Below are positions 24,531 through 36,736 of a DNA stretch of 64,000 nt, piece by piece. The notes beneath the pieces were generated by a model. The model had not been told where the DNA came from. It saw nothing but the letters and a program-made list of their open reading frames with translations, and made no database searches. This stretch comes from Cetorhinus maximus (Eukaryota). Location: contig NC_135903.1 of assembly GCF_964194155.1 (NCBI RefSeq), forward strand, positions 1,054,001 to 1,118,000, read 5' to 3'. Numbering within the stretch: the stretch's first letter is position 1; every line of letters begins with the position of its first letter. The position numbers were made by a program, and so were the translations under genes.

Positions 24531-25592
24531 AAGGTGGTCGATGGATGCCCTTGCAAATGGAAAGTTGTCTCAAGTAGTGTTCCACAGGGCTCGGTGTTGG
24601 GACCCTTGCTGTTTGTGTTATATATTAACGATTTGGACATGGGGGGCATGATGGGGAAATTTGCAGATGACACGAAGATTGGCCGAGTAGTGGATAGTGT
24701 AGAGGATAGCCATAATCTCCAAAACGATATCGATGGGTTGGTGGAGTGGGTGGTAAAGTGGCAGATGGATTTTAACATAGAGAAGTGTGAGGTCATACAT
24801 TTAGGGAGGTCAAACAGCTACAGGGATTACACAATAAATGGGAATATACTAAGAGGGTTAGATGATGTGAGAGATCTTGGCGTACAAGTACACAGGTCCC
24901 TGAAGGCAGCAGTTCAAGTAGACAAGGTTGTAAAGAAGGCATATGGAATGCTCTCCTTCATTGGCAGAGGTACAGAATATAAAAGTAAGGATATAATGTT
25001 GGAATTGTATAAAACACTGGTGAGGCCACAACTAGAGTATTGTGTGCAGTTCTGGTCACCACATTACAGGAAGGACGTAATAGCTCTGGAGAGAGTGCAG
25101 AGGAGGTTTACAAGAATGTTGCCAGGGTTAGAAAAGTGTAGCTACGAGGAGAGATTGGATAGGTTGGGGTTACTTTCCTTAGAACAAAGAAGGCTGAGAG
25201 GTGACTTGATTGAGGTGTACAAAATTATGAGGGGAGTAGATAGAGTGGACAGGATAAAATTGTTTCCCTTGGTGGAGAATTGTAGAACTAGGGGACATAG
25301 ATTCAAGATAAGTGGCAGAAAATGTAGGGGGGACATGAGGAAGAAGTTTTTTTTACGCAGAGGGTAGTGGGTGTCTGGAATTCGCTGCCCAAGTTGGTGG
25401 TAGAGGCAGAAACTCTAAACTCTTTTAATAAGTACCTGGATCTGCACCTTAAGTGCTGTAAGCAGCAGAACTATGGGCCGGGTGCAGGAAGGTGGGATTA
25501 GAAAGGGCACCTGGGTGTCCTCGGGCTGGCATGGACAAGATGGGCCGAATGGCTTCCTTCTGTGCTGTAACTTTTCTCTGGTTCTATGGTTC
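24531..25592 (+). mobile_element. Young 5'-truncated CR1 LINE (RT C-terminal half)
   Basis: Uninterrupted frame with VPQGSVLGP, YINDL, FADDTK, LVRPQLEYC, TRGH; poly-T slip near 25350; tail GGTTCTATGGTTCTA; possible TSD TAAAG (24529-24533, 25593-25597). Confidence 0.95.
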
Positions 25593-26239
25593 TAAAGCTG
25601 TCAATCAAAGACAGGCAATGAAGGTCCCACTGAAGACACTTTTAATTCACTTCATGCCTCTTAATGTTGTCTATATAAACAATCAGGCATTGAAAAATCA
25701 CTTCAAAGAAAGATCAAGTTATTGCAAGGTAATAAAGCAGTCAATCAAACAAAGCTTGCAATCCTCTTTGCAGCTGTGTAAATAATTCCTGCTGGACTGA
25801 GTCTATAAATCATTCTTGGAGCTCAACCAAGCATTCATAATGACACCATTTGGTGAAACAGATACCTGTCCATTTGTTCTGCATGGTTCTGTTAATACAG
25901 TTGCCAGATGGCCTCACTGACAGCACAAAACTCTAGTTACAGCCCAATTAATCCAATACACAAATTCAACATCACCCCTTTAGTTTTGTATTGTATGTTT
26001 CTAGGTTTTAAAAAAGCAAGGATTTTATTGCCATTTTTATGGTCTTATCAACTCAGTTATATATTTGGGAACCTTTTGTATGTGCTCTTTTACTCTTTTC
26101 TCTATTGTTCTGAATTCTAAAATGTACTGTATCACATTACTGTTGCCAATATTAGCAGGCAATTTGTTTGACATTCCTCTGTCTAGCATTTTAGCTGAAG
26201 TGTTAACCCATTTAATGTTTACATTGGAGAAAGAAAAAG

Positions 26240-26505
26240 AAGAAAGAAAGACTTGCATTTATATAACACTTCTCACAACCTCCGAATGCCCCAAAGTGCT
26301 TTACAGCCAATGAGGTACATTTGAAGTGTAGTCACTGTTGTAATGGAGAAAATGCAGCAGCCAATTGGTGTACAGGAAAGTTACCAAAACAGCAATGAGA
26401 TAATGACCAGATTATCCATCAGTTAAGGGATTATATCGGCCAGGACACCAGGGAGAAATGCCCTGCTCTTCTTTGAAATCATCCCATGGGGCCTTCTCTG
26501 CCACC
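26240..26505 (-). mobile_element. Deu-domain SINE 3' half
   Basis: AAAGACTTGCATTTATATA... is the reverse of the tail of 50378-50822. Confidence 0.8.
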
Positions 26506-26797
26506 TTTTTTTATATATTCATTCACAGGATGTGGGTGTCACTGGCAAGGCCAGCATTTATTGCCCATCCCTAATTGGCCTTGAGAAGGTGGTGGTGAGC
26601 TGCCCCTCTTGAACCGTTGCAGTCCCTATGGTGTAGGTGCACCCACAGTGCTGTTACAGAGGGAATTCCTGGATTTTGACCCAATGAGAGTGAAGAAATG
26701 GTGATATAGTTGCAAGTCAGGATGGTGAGTGGCTTGGAGGGGAACTTGCAGGTGGTGATGTTCCCATGTATCTGCTGCCCTTGTCCTTCTAGGTGGT
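26506..26797 (-). mobile_element. LINE family A 3' end
   Basis: Closely matches 5640-5922. Confidence 0.85.
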
Positions 26798-26880
26798 AAA
26801 GAGGGCAGACAGGGCTTTGGCTTAATCTCTTGTCCATAGGGTAGGGCCGCTGTTAAAATAGCAGACAGGAATGACATATG

Positions 26881-27552
26881 GGGCAGAAATGTCTCCCCAT
26901 CGGGGGGGTTGGGCGGGGGCGGGCGCGAATCCGATTGGGAACATGGTGCCATTTTATGTGGGCTGGTCAATTAAGGCCCGCCCAGCGTGACGCTCACCTG
27001 GAAGTGCTGAGCGCTCCCTGTGCGGGCAGGGGGGGGATTCCCTGAGTTGCTCCCTGCGCTCTTTCGCACATGTGCGCAAAAGAGCTCCGAGGTCTGTGCC
27101 TCAGGGAGATCGGTTTAATGTGTGTAAACTTAAATAAAGGGAAATAAAAACTTTTAAAACGTGTCCCCTCGTGTGGCACTGTCACATGAGCTGTGAAATG
27201 TGAAAGAATTATTTTTAGAATTTTTATTGGCTTTTAAAACACTTTATGAAACCTCATCCCGCCTGTGGATGAGGTTCCATGAAAAATGCAAAGGCCGCCT
27301 GGGCTCTTCGCCTGCCCGACAACCTTAAGGTTGGACGGGCAGCTGATTTAATTGATTTAATTAGTTTTAAACAGGCCTTAATAGGCCTTTGACAGTTCGG
27401 CAAGCGTAAAGCTGACTTGGCCGTGTGCCCGCCAAACTGAAAATCTCAATGACGCACAGTGAGGTTGGGGCGCTCGCCCGATGTCACCGCGCTTAATTTT
27501 ATCCATTGGCGAGCGAGCCCCACCCCCGCTTGCCAAGCGGAGAATTCTGCCC
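26881..27552. mobile_element. PIF/Harbinger-type MITE (family 2)
   Basis: TIR GGGCAGAAAT / AATTCTGCCC; perfect 3-bp TSD ATG; internal hairpin 27246-27280; collinear with 28564-29236. Confidence 0.85.
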
Positions 27553-27812
27553 ATGAATGCATTTGATCGCTGATATCACCAACAGTCATTTCTAGGCTCA
27601 CATCTTTTAGAGTCAATAAAAGGTTTTCATTGCCCCCATGGACTTTATTGTGTAGCAGTTTATTGTGCATAAAAGAGAACATTAATGGGAATGGCCTGTT
27701 ACATCAGAGGGGTGTGGGAGGAAAGGTCTGGGGTGGGGGATGGACGGCAGCACTGAAACAATTGTGCCTTCACATTCAGTTGAATATTACATTCTCAACT
27801 CTGTGACTGTAA

Positions 27813-28521
27813 GGGCTGAATCTCCTGTGGGGTGGCGATCACCATCAGATTGCCACTCCGTTCCTAGCTTCTTACCGTAGGTGGAGCTCTACATTTATTG
27901 CCTGGACTTTTGACCTGGGCCTCCTGAGAAATGTGGAGAGTTGCTGCTTTTGGAGGCTTTCCATGTAGTGCAGGAGCGTCGGGGGGAATGAAGCCGCACC
28001 CTCTTTTATTATAGCACTAGCTGCCTTAAATCAGTAAGTTTAAATGTCCCAGCCACATTGACAAGCCAGGCAAGAAGCTAAGTATTTAAGGTAAGTGGGT
28101 GAGGGGGTGGGATGTGTCGGGGAATGGGGGTGTGGTGGTGTTAGGTTGGTCGGGAGGGTGGGTAGTTGGGGTTCAGGTGGGGGGAATCGCCAGGGTGGGG
28201 GGTAGTCTGGAGGGTTGGGAGTGTAGTCGGGAGCGCAGAGGGGTTTTAGGTGTACCTGGTCAGTGGTATAGTTACCAAGAGTTAGAAGTGGTTTTAGTTC
28301 TTCTAATTTTTCCTGGGTAACTATTCTGTTAAGTAAGTTAGAACCATCTGAAGTATTTGACTTTAAATCTGAGTTTCAGAGGGTTCCAGGCGCAAGGTAG
28401 TTGCCCAACGGAAGTTGAAACTTCCCGGCAATTCCCATGCAGTCCTTGTGCGGGGGTCTCTGAGGAGTCCCCCAGTGCATCTCCCAGGATATGACCCTCT
28501 GGGGAATGGAAGATCTGGGCC
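27813..28521. mobile_element. PIF/Harbinger-type MITE (family 1, inverted relative to 1596-2340)
   Basis: Ends GGGCTGAATCTCC / GGAAGATCTGGGCC; G-rich tract mirrors the C-rich tract at 1895-2105; shared internal ATAGTTACC...GGTAACTAT inverted repeat. Confidence 0.7.
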
Positions 28522-28563
28522 ATTCAGGTTAAGATCTGTACAATTCAGCAATGCATACACTAT

Positions 28564-29236
28564 GGGCAACATTTTCCCCCCATCGGACGGGGGGGAGTGC
28601 AGGAGCGGGCATTGGTAGGCGGCCCTCCGAATGGCGCCCCCGGTTGGGCATGTGCTGCCATTTTTTGTGGGCAGGTCAATTAAGGCCCACCCAGCGTGAT
28701 GTCCGCACGGAAGCGGTGTGTGCTCCCTGTGTGGACATGGGGGTGGGGGGGAAAGGCAAATGTGGAAGTGTGCTCTGATCTTCCTGGGACTAAGTGCTGC
28801 CTCAGGGAAATCAGTTCCCAAAGTGAAAAAGTTTTCGAAAATTTCATTTACCATCCATGTCCCCTCATGTGACAACGTCACATGAGTTGGGACATGGACA
28901 TAACTTTAAGTAAAAATGAATCTTAATTTTTAAATTCAGTCATGGAACCTCATCCCGCCCGTGGATGAGGTTTTATGCTTTTTCAGGTGGTCACCAGTGC
29001 TCCCGACCTGCCCACCGACGTTAAGGTTGGACAGGCAGGTCCACTAATTACTTTAGTTGCTTTTTGAATGGCCTCAATAGGCCGTTGACAGATTGGCGGC
29101 CGCACACCTGACTCAGCTGCACCCCCGCCGACCTGAAAATGCAAATGATGCGGGGTGACATCGGGAGTTCCGCCTGACATCATTCCGCGTTAGCGAGCGG
29201 GTCAAGTCTCCGCTCACTGACAGGAAAATTCTTGCC
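28564..29236. mobile_element. PIF/Harbinger-type MITE (family 2)
   Basis: Ends GGGCAACATTTTCC / GGAAAATTCTTGCC; TSD TAT/TAT; collinear with 26881-27552. Confidence 0.85.
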
Positions 29237-29734
29237 TATATTGCTGGCCTACTTAGGAAGTCTGCAGTCTGAAGTAAATAGCAAGGCAATGACATTCAGT
29301 TGCCTCAGGAAGTTCCATCAGAATCTTAACCCATGAACCATGACTGGTTGCCTTCTCTTCTTGTTATATTAATGCCCGGGTCAGTACTGCCTTCAGTGAT
29401 GTAAAGCTGTATAAACTGTTGCAAAAGGGGTGGTTTTTTCAGTAGTGCCATTGAGAAACCCCCAGTTACGCTTTTAAGCCTGTTTAATGAATACCTCATT
29501 TATACAAGGGCACTTTTGAGTAGATTTCTGCAACAAATGCTTTTTTAAAAACTGCAGCTTTTCATTATATTACCTTAAAAGTAACCATGAGGCAGAATTT
29601 TCAGGCCCAGCCGAGGTGTAAAAGCGAACGGGACCTGAAAATATTGGTGCCACAATGGCTGGATTCCTGGCACTGTTCCTGGCGTCGGCCATTTTGTATG
29701 TGTGTAGATGTTGGGTCAAGACAAGATTGAGGTA

Positions 29735-30075
29735 CATTGTCAACCCTCCAGGACTGCCCAAAGATTAACCTCCAGGACAATTAATCTCCAGTGCACTGCT
29801 GCGAGCAACCCTAGAGAAAGATCATAGGAGCATTTAAAAAGATGTCTTAAATGAATTTCTTTAAACACATTTGTTTATTGGTTAGGAAAGTATTGAGTGG
29901 GATAAAACGCTGATTGACTGACAGCCAAGAATCACCCAGCTGGGCTAATGGAGAGTCTATTCACTTGCACCAAGAAGATAGACATTTTGGATAACCAATG
30001 AGAAGAGTGCTGGGTCGGGGTCATTGGGGCAGGTTGTTATGCGATGAAACTTCCGGAAAGATGACCAACCAACTA
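29735..30075. mobile_element. Decayed copy of the hAT MITE at 20789-21148
   Basis: Shared blocks AACC(C/T)TCCAGGA, GCAACCCT(A/G)GAGAAA and GATGAAAC in the same order; TIRs eroded. Confidence 0.6.
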
Positions 30076-30116
30076 CTCAAGAATAGAATAACCTGCCAAC
30101 ACTTGGTTAGCTGGAA

Positions 30117-30550
30117 TAAATACAAAATGCTGGAATAACTCAGCAGGTCTGGCAGCATCTGTGGAGAAACAGTTGACATTCCAAGTCAAATGACTCGGGC
30201 AGGAATGTGATTATGCTGTCGAAAAGGGGTGGGGGGGTGGGGAAGATCAGGTGGAGAAAACAGGAAAGTCTACTAATATTCGTTACAAGCCCACCAACTC
30301 CCACAGGTACCTCGACTACACTTCCTCAAACCCTGCTTCCTGTAAGGACACCATCCCACCTGACCCTAGCTTCCCACTTTTTCGACAGCATAAAACCCAT
30401 CATGTTTCTACTTCTCTGCAGTTCTGAAGAAGAGACATATCGGACTCGGAACATTAACTCTGTCTCTCTCTCTCCACAGTTGCTGCCAGACCTGCTGAGT
30501 TTTTTCAGCATTTTCCATTTTTATTTCAGATCTCCCACATCTGCAATTTT
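30117..30550. mobile_element. Rearranged Penelope remnant: inverted terminal repeats around a short coding fragment
   Basis: Minus-strand terminal repeat 30117-30260; plus strand 30269-30358 encodes STNIRYKPTNSHRYLDYTSSNPASCKDTIP; plus-strand terminal repeat 30400-30550 with a degenerate hammerhead core. Confidence 0.8.
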
Positions 30551-31344
30551 TAATGAATTTTTAATTCATCGGATTAACTGGACTTTCAAGGAATGCACTA
30601 GTTAGTGCCTGTGGAACGATCCTCTAGCAGATGATAATGTCTTGTTGAAAGGTAAAGTGTAAAAGGAAAATTTTGGCAATAAAAATTGGAAGCTTTGTTT
30701 ATCCTCTCATCTTTTTTCTTCTATATTGACCGTTGTAGTAACTTAAACTTGGGTGTGCTTCAAAAGACAATGGTGGTCTTGCCCAAGTAGTCCTACCTGA
30801 TACGTGTGTTTGGGCAGTGTTGGGCTCACCTTGAGGTCATAGCTGAACCTGGGATTGTTGCATCCACAGATGCACTTTGCAGCAAGGGTCGATAAATACG
30901 GTAAAGGAACCAGAATGCTGGTTACTTGGTGTTACTCCACTATCCCTGGTGACATATTGAAGTCAATTGCCTTTTGCCCATGTCTGACCAGATTGAGATT
31001 GGCTAAGGGTTCAGGGTTCAAACCTGGAACCTTTCTGATTTTTTTTTTCGTATGAGAAGGAATCTATATATTTGAGCGTAAAATCACCAGGGGATCTTAG
31101 CCTGGAGCATTGCTCCAAATATCTGAAACCTAAATTAATCAGTTGACTTGTGTTACCGAGGGGGTTTAATTTAAAACAATCCTGATTTCTCCTCTTGCCA
31201 CCCATCCATAAACAGAAAAGTGTTTTTTAATTTTTGATTTTCTCTCTTTTTAAGTGGTGCCATATTTTCTACAACCCCGCATTTTGGAGTGACCCAATCC
31301 TCTATTAATAACAACATCGCAAACTTGAGACAGGGTAAAATCAG

Positions 31345-32497
31345 AGATAAAAACAAAAAGCTAAAAGCTACTGCGGATGCTGGAAATCCAAAACAAAAAC
31401 AGAATTACCTGGAAAAACTCAGCAGGTCTGGCAGCATCGGCGGAGAAGAAATCAGTTAACGTTTCGAGCCTTCATGGCCCTTCGGCAGAACTGAAGCATA
31501 GTTAGAAGAAGGGAGAAATATAAATTGGTTTAAGGTGGGGGGGGTGGGGGGGGAGAGAGAGACACATTGAGGGTGTGGTGATTGTGGAGATGAGCAGATA
31601 ATCAAAAGATGTCACAGACAAAAGGGTCAAAGAGGTGTTTTGTCTGAGAAAAGTGCTAATTAAGAATGGAGGACAGGATATTCAAAGTACAGCTCTAGTG
31701 GGGGTGGGGTGGAAAGGCTAAAGGTTTTAGTTTTAGATTTAAAAATAATGGAAATAGGTGGGGAAAGAAGAATCTATATAAATTATTGAAAAAAAAATAA
31801 AGCGGGGGGTAGGGTGGGGGGGAAGAAACGGGGTGGGGATGGGGGGAGGGGGAGTTTAAGATCTAAAGTTGTTGAATTCAATATTCAGCCCGGAAGGCTG
31901 TAAAGTACCTAGTCGGAAGATGAGGTGCTGTTCCTCCAGTTTGCGTTGAGCTTCACTGGAACAATGCAGCAAGCCAAGGACAGACATGTGGGCAAGAGAA
32001 CAGGGTGGAGTGTTAAAATGGCAAGCGACAGGGAGGTTTGGGTCTTTCTTGCGGACAGACCGCAGGTGTTGCGCAAAACGGTCGCCCAGTTTGCGTTTGG
32101 TCTCTCCAATGTAGAGGAGACCGCATTGGGAGCAACGAATGCAGTAGACTAAGTTAGGGGAAATGCAAGTGAAATGCTGCTTCACTTGAAAGGAGTGTTT
32201 GGGCCCTTGGACGGTGAGGAGAGAGGAAGTGAAGGGGCAGGTGTTGCATCTTCTGCGTGGGCATGGGGAGGTGCCATAAGTGGGAGTTGAGGAGTAGGGG
32301 GTGATGGAGGAGTGGACCAGGGTGTCCCGGAGGGAACGATCCCTACGGAATGCCCTCAGGGGGGGTGAAGGGAAGATGTGTTTGGTGGTGGCATCATGCT
32401 GGAGTTGGCAGAAATGGCGGAGGATGATCCTTTGAATGCGGAGGCTGGTGGGGTGATAAGTGAGGACAAGGGGGACCCTATCATGTTTCTGGGAAGG
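31345..32497 (-). mobile_element. Penelope-like element (Neptune-type), 5'-truncated
   Basis: Open frame from about 32495 to 31856: DRVPLVLTYHP...AFRRDRSLRDTLV...PCPRRRCNTC...LVYCIRCSQCGLLYIGET...PSGLN; terminal repeat at 31360-31495. Confidence 0.93.
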
Positions 32498-33576
32498 TTT
32501 ATTTTACATGCACTCAAAATGCAAGGAGGGGGTGTTGCTACGTAACCCCAGTATGTTCACACAATAAGGGAAAGAAAGAGGTACAGGGCAAAGACCATGG
32601 GAAAAAAATATTCTTGTTTTACGTGTGTCTAGAGTCCAGAATCAAAAGTCCAATGGTATATTCCCTCAGAGAGGTTGGCAGGCTGAAGCTAATGCTTCAC
32701 TTTTCTAGTAACACTGACTTCCACAAGGGGAGAAGCATGTAGAGATGAATTAATCTTGTAGGAGCCGCTGGTACAGAAATTCTGATGTTCCAGTAGAAAG
32801 ATTGTAGAGAAGGGGCAGGCAATTTAAACCTGGACAGCGCTCTGGTTCTGCTGCTGCTTGGTTGATGGAAGATGGCAGACAGTGGTAGGCTGCTAGCCTG
32901 GAGTCCGATTTTATACAGTGACTGGAGATGGAATCTGAAAGCTGTATAATTAAGGCACTTCAAACAGCTCAAGTGACATGGTGGTTTCAGGTAGAGCCAT
33001 TCCGCTAAATAATGTATTTTAAGGCCTACTCATTAAAACCCATTGATCAGGTAACTGTAGAACCATTAGCACAATACTGGAGATGAGGAGTCACAAATAG
33101 CTTTGTCTTTGTCCAGTGCTGGCTGGGGCAGATGTCTCATCTACTAGTCCATTGTCTTGCCTTGGCTGGAATGTTGATACAAGTCACGTTCCAGGAAGCT
33201 GTTGAGTTTGCCTTTGTTGGTTGGAACTGCTCAGAGTTTTACAGAACTACCAGCATGAGACTAGCTGCAGCCATTTTATCAGCCCAGCAATTGTCCTTTT
33301 TAAAGAAAATAATTTAAACAAGAGAATCTGGAAGGGAAACAAATTTCTTCTGGATTTTTTTTTCTTCATGCCTTCTTGGCATGTTACTTGTTAGTGAGCA
33401 AACTGGTCAGTAAAACATAACCCCTGAGAAGGTCACTATTATAGGCAATGGACTGAAATGCGGTGATTGCTCAGCTCAATAACTAAGCGACCCGGAGATA
33501 CATATATGTATAATTTTATAGAAGGCTGATGCTATTGCAGTGATTTTAAAATAGCCTAATTTCTGGCACTTATTGG

Positions 33577-33824
33577 ACTGATAGAGGTGAATAGTGGAGC
33601 TAGATTTTTGAGATCTTCAGCAGAAACCTTCATTGCTGATGAACAAATCCGAGCTTTCCCAATGGCCAAGTAGGTAAAGGCACTGTCTGGCGTAACACAA
33701 ACATGTACCAGGCTCGGATCTTGATCAGTGTGTCGGGGAATTAGTACTTGAACTCAACTGGGACAGCAGTTGACAGTAGCAACCTTGTGCTAGGGAAGGG
33801 AAAATACCTCCGCCTGATTCCTAT
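33577..33824 (+). repeat. 248-bp local direct duplication, copy 1
   Basis: Matches 34373-34620 with 6 substitutions by my count. Confidence 0.95.
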
Positions 33825-34025
33825 TTGTAATTCAAGCACTTGTTCTATTTATAGATTGTGGATTGCTGTTCTTCATAAATCCCCACTTCTTAAATTCTCT
33901 ACTTCAGAGTAAACCTGTGAGGCTTTTCAAAAAGTATTTTCCTGTCTGACATGAGGCAGTGTACATTAAACCTAACTGTTGCTAACAAAGGTATTTGGGA
34001 ATGCTGATCTTTAAAAATATATGTG

Positions 34026-34031
<6 letters not shown>

Positions 34032-34060
<29 letters not shown>
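34032..34060. repeat. (TA)14 microsatellite
   Basis: Read directly. Confidence 0.97.
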
Positions 34061-34063
<3 letters not shown>

Positions 34064-34372
34064 AAGGTGTGGGCAACAATAGCAAGGCTACACTTATTGT
34101 CATCCTTGTTGCCCTGAGGTGATGGTGGACTTTCCTGCTGTAGAACCCTGTGTGCTGCTGAAGCATTTCAGAAGGTGTTAAAAGTCAGCCACAGTCTCGC
34201 TGGGTTTTGGTGAGATACTGACGCTGTCCAGGCAAATAAGGTCTTGCAATTAAAATCTACCAGACTTTACATTGTGGAAGGTTGGACTGTTTACTGTCTG
34301 CCTCATGCATTACATGCACAGCCACTGGATGGGAATTAAAATCGGGGCTTCAGAGTCTGACCAACACTGTGC

Positions 34373-34620
34373 ACTGATAGAGGTGAATAATGGAGCTAGA
34401 CTTTTGAGATCTTCAGCAGAAACCTTCATTGTTGATGAACAAATCCGAGCTTTCCCAATGGCCAAGTAGGTAAAGGCACTGTCTAGCGTAACACAAACAT
34501 GTACCAGGCTCGGATCTTGATCAGTGTGTCGGGTAATTAGTACTTGAACTCAACTGGGACAGCAGTTGACAGTGGCAACCTTGTGCTAGGGAAGGGAAAA
34601 TACCTCCGCCTGATTCCTAT
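34373..34620 (+). repeat. 248-bp local direct duplication, copy 2
   Basis: Matches 33577-33824. Confidence 0.95.
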
Positions 34621-34789
34621 CTGCAAGACCCCGATGGTGCCTGTGAGCAGACATTTGGTGAGGACAGGATTTGGCTCCGCTATGGAACTCTACACAGTAG
34701 AATAGTCAACTGGTGCACATGCACACGACCTCTTGGGAGAAGTCATGGCAGAGCTGAAGCATGGTGTCTGCAGCAAGAGTCAGGTCAGT

Positions 34790-35075
34790 GCATCAGTAAC
34801 TAGAGGGCATAAGATTTTATTAGCAAAAGAATAAGGTTAGAGTTTTGTTTTGCAGAGACGGTTGCTCGGATATGGAATGCTCTGGAAGGAGTGGTGGGAA
34901 CAGAATCCATAACAGTTTTTAAAAGGGAGATAGATAAATATTTGCAGATGAAAAAATTAAAAGGTTACAGAAAAAGGGCAGGAGTGTGGGATTAAGTGGA
35001 TAGCTCTTTTGGAGAGATGGCAGAGGCACAATTGCTGAATGATGACATCCTGGGGCTGTAAAAATTCTAGGGTTC
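34790..35075 (+). mobile_element. CR1 LINE 3' fragment
   Basis: GTAACTAGAGGGCATAAG (VTRGH) and ATGGAATGCTCTG (WNAL), then the 3' UTR. Confidence 0.7.
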
Positions 35076-35079
35076 TGTA

Positions 35080-35290
35080 CAACAATGCCAACTTGCATTC
35101 ATATAGCATCTTTAACATAGTAAAAATCTCCTCAAGGTACTTCACAGGAGTGTGATCAGGTAAAACTTGACAGAGTCTTGACTTGAGATATTAGGACAGG
35201 AGGTCAGAGGTTTGGTCGAAGAGGTGGGTTTTAAGGAATGTCTTAAAGGAGGAGAGAGAGGTGGAAAGGTTTAGGGAGGAAGTTCTAGAA
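35080..35290 (-). mobile_element. L2-like LINE 3' end fragment
   Basis: Same tail as 18855-18970, extending into AGGTGGGTTTTAAGGAATGTCTTAAAGG. Confidence 0.6.
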
Positions 35291-36470
35291 TGTAGAAAAA
35301 AACTGTATGAAAGGACAGGGAATAGTTTTAGAGAAAAATATGTCAACAGCATGTCGAGAAGTAATTTTATCTTTCTAAGCTTTAGAGGAACGCACCTGAT
35401 ATGGAATATTATAAACTATGTTTATAAGCTACACAGACACTGTGAAGTACCGGACTGTTTTACACCTCCCTAAAAGCACAACTATGCTTATGATGGTGGA
35501 ATTTCTCTTGAAAACCTAACATTTCTGATTACAATGCGACTAAAACACATTCACGAAGGAGAGGAAAACTATTTAATTGTGCAATAGCTGCTGAGATTTT
35601 AAATAAGAGAAAACAAACCTGCAAGTGTTTGTGTGCTATAGGTTGAAGTGGGAGTTCACCATCTGCTGTGATTTATGTAGGAGGCTCCCCTGCAGTCGGC
35701 TGACTTCAGGTTATCATTTGTGTGGAAACAGAATATCCTGGCATCTAATTTATTTATGGTAATAAACTGGGGCTTCATTATAGCTTATTGTTTCACACTG
35801 AGGTGTGGTGGAGGAGAATATGAATGTGATGTTGAAATGGCAGCTGTTTTTAGAGAGTCACAGCAAAGGAGACCATTACCAACATCAATTTATGGGCATT
35901 GGATCTGGAAATGCCAGGAAAATGTTACAACTAGGAGAGCAGCAATCCATCGATAAGGCTTTTTTTAAATGTTTCCTTGATTGATTCATTCTTCCATAAA
36001 ATACCCAATTAATTGATGGGATTTCTGGCTATCTGAAAATGCCAGCACTGCTATCTAGAAACACCTTTTTGAAAAATTAAGATTGTTTGCCTTATTTTCT
36101 TCGCATCCCCCCCCTAGTTGGAGGCTGTCTGAACAGCACTGTATTTATAGGTCAGGACTTGCAGGGAGCAGGACTCGGGACCTTTGGGAGAGCGCCTGCT
36201 AGCTTTGTAGACAGGCAGAGATTCAGCAGAGCAAGTGATCAGGCAGACTACCAGGTGCCAGCAGCAAGCCTGCCCTATAGGCCAGGCAATGGGATCACTG
36301 CAGAAAGGAGCTGCTCCCAAGCCTCTGGCTGGACTGACTCCCTGAGATGACATTACAATCCTGAAATTACTTGTCTTTCCTGTCACTTTGTTCAGGTTTA
36401 GAGCTACTTTTGCCAACAGCTGGCCTGATCTGTACCAGTTGATGGGATGGTGTTCCCAGTGTATGGTTCC

Positions 36471-36736
36471 TGTAGTAAAAGGGTATCTGGCATAGCATAA
36501 GTTAATGTGGGACTGGGAATCAGTACCGCATAGAGTGTGATGTAAAGAGACACATGACCTGAGAAAGTTGTGGGCTGGACAGAGACCTGTGCAGACACAT
36601 GGAGTTGGCTCCTAGCTTGGGCTATGCCATGTGTACATGTACATAGTTATGTGTTATCAATAACGCTTAATGTTCAACCATACAAGACTCAGAACCTCCT
36701 CGTGAGACTTACTGAACAGACATACAACATACAACA
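36471..36736 (+). mobile_element. Solo LTR (266 bp)
   Basis: TGTAG...TACAACA termini with perfect 5-bp TSD GTTCC (36466-36470, 36737-36741). Confidence 0.75.

Noticed and set aside
32870-32995. Possible exon starting ATGGCAGAC with a downstream CAG|GTAGAG
   Set aside because: An in-frame TAA comes before the donor and the product is unrecognisable.
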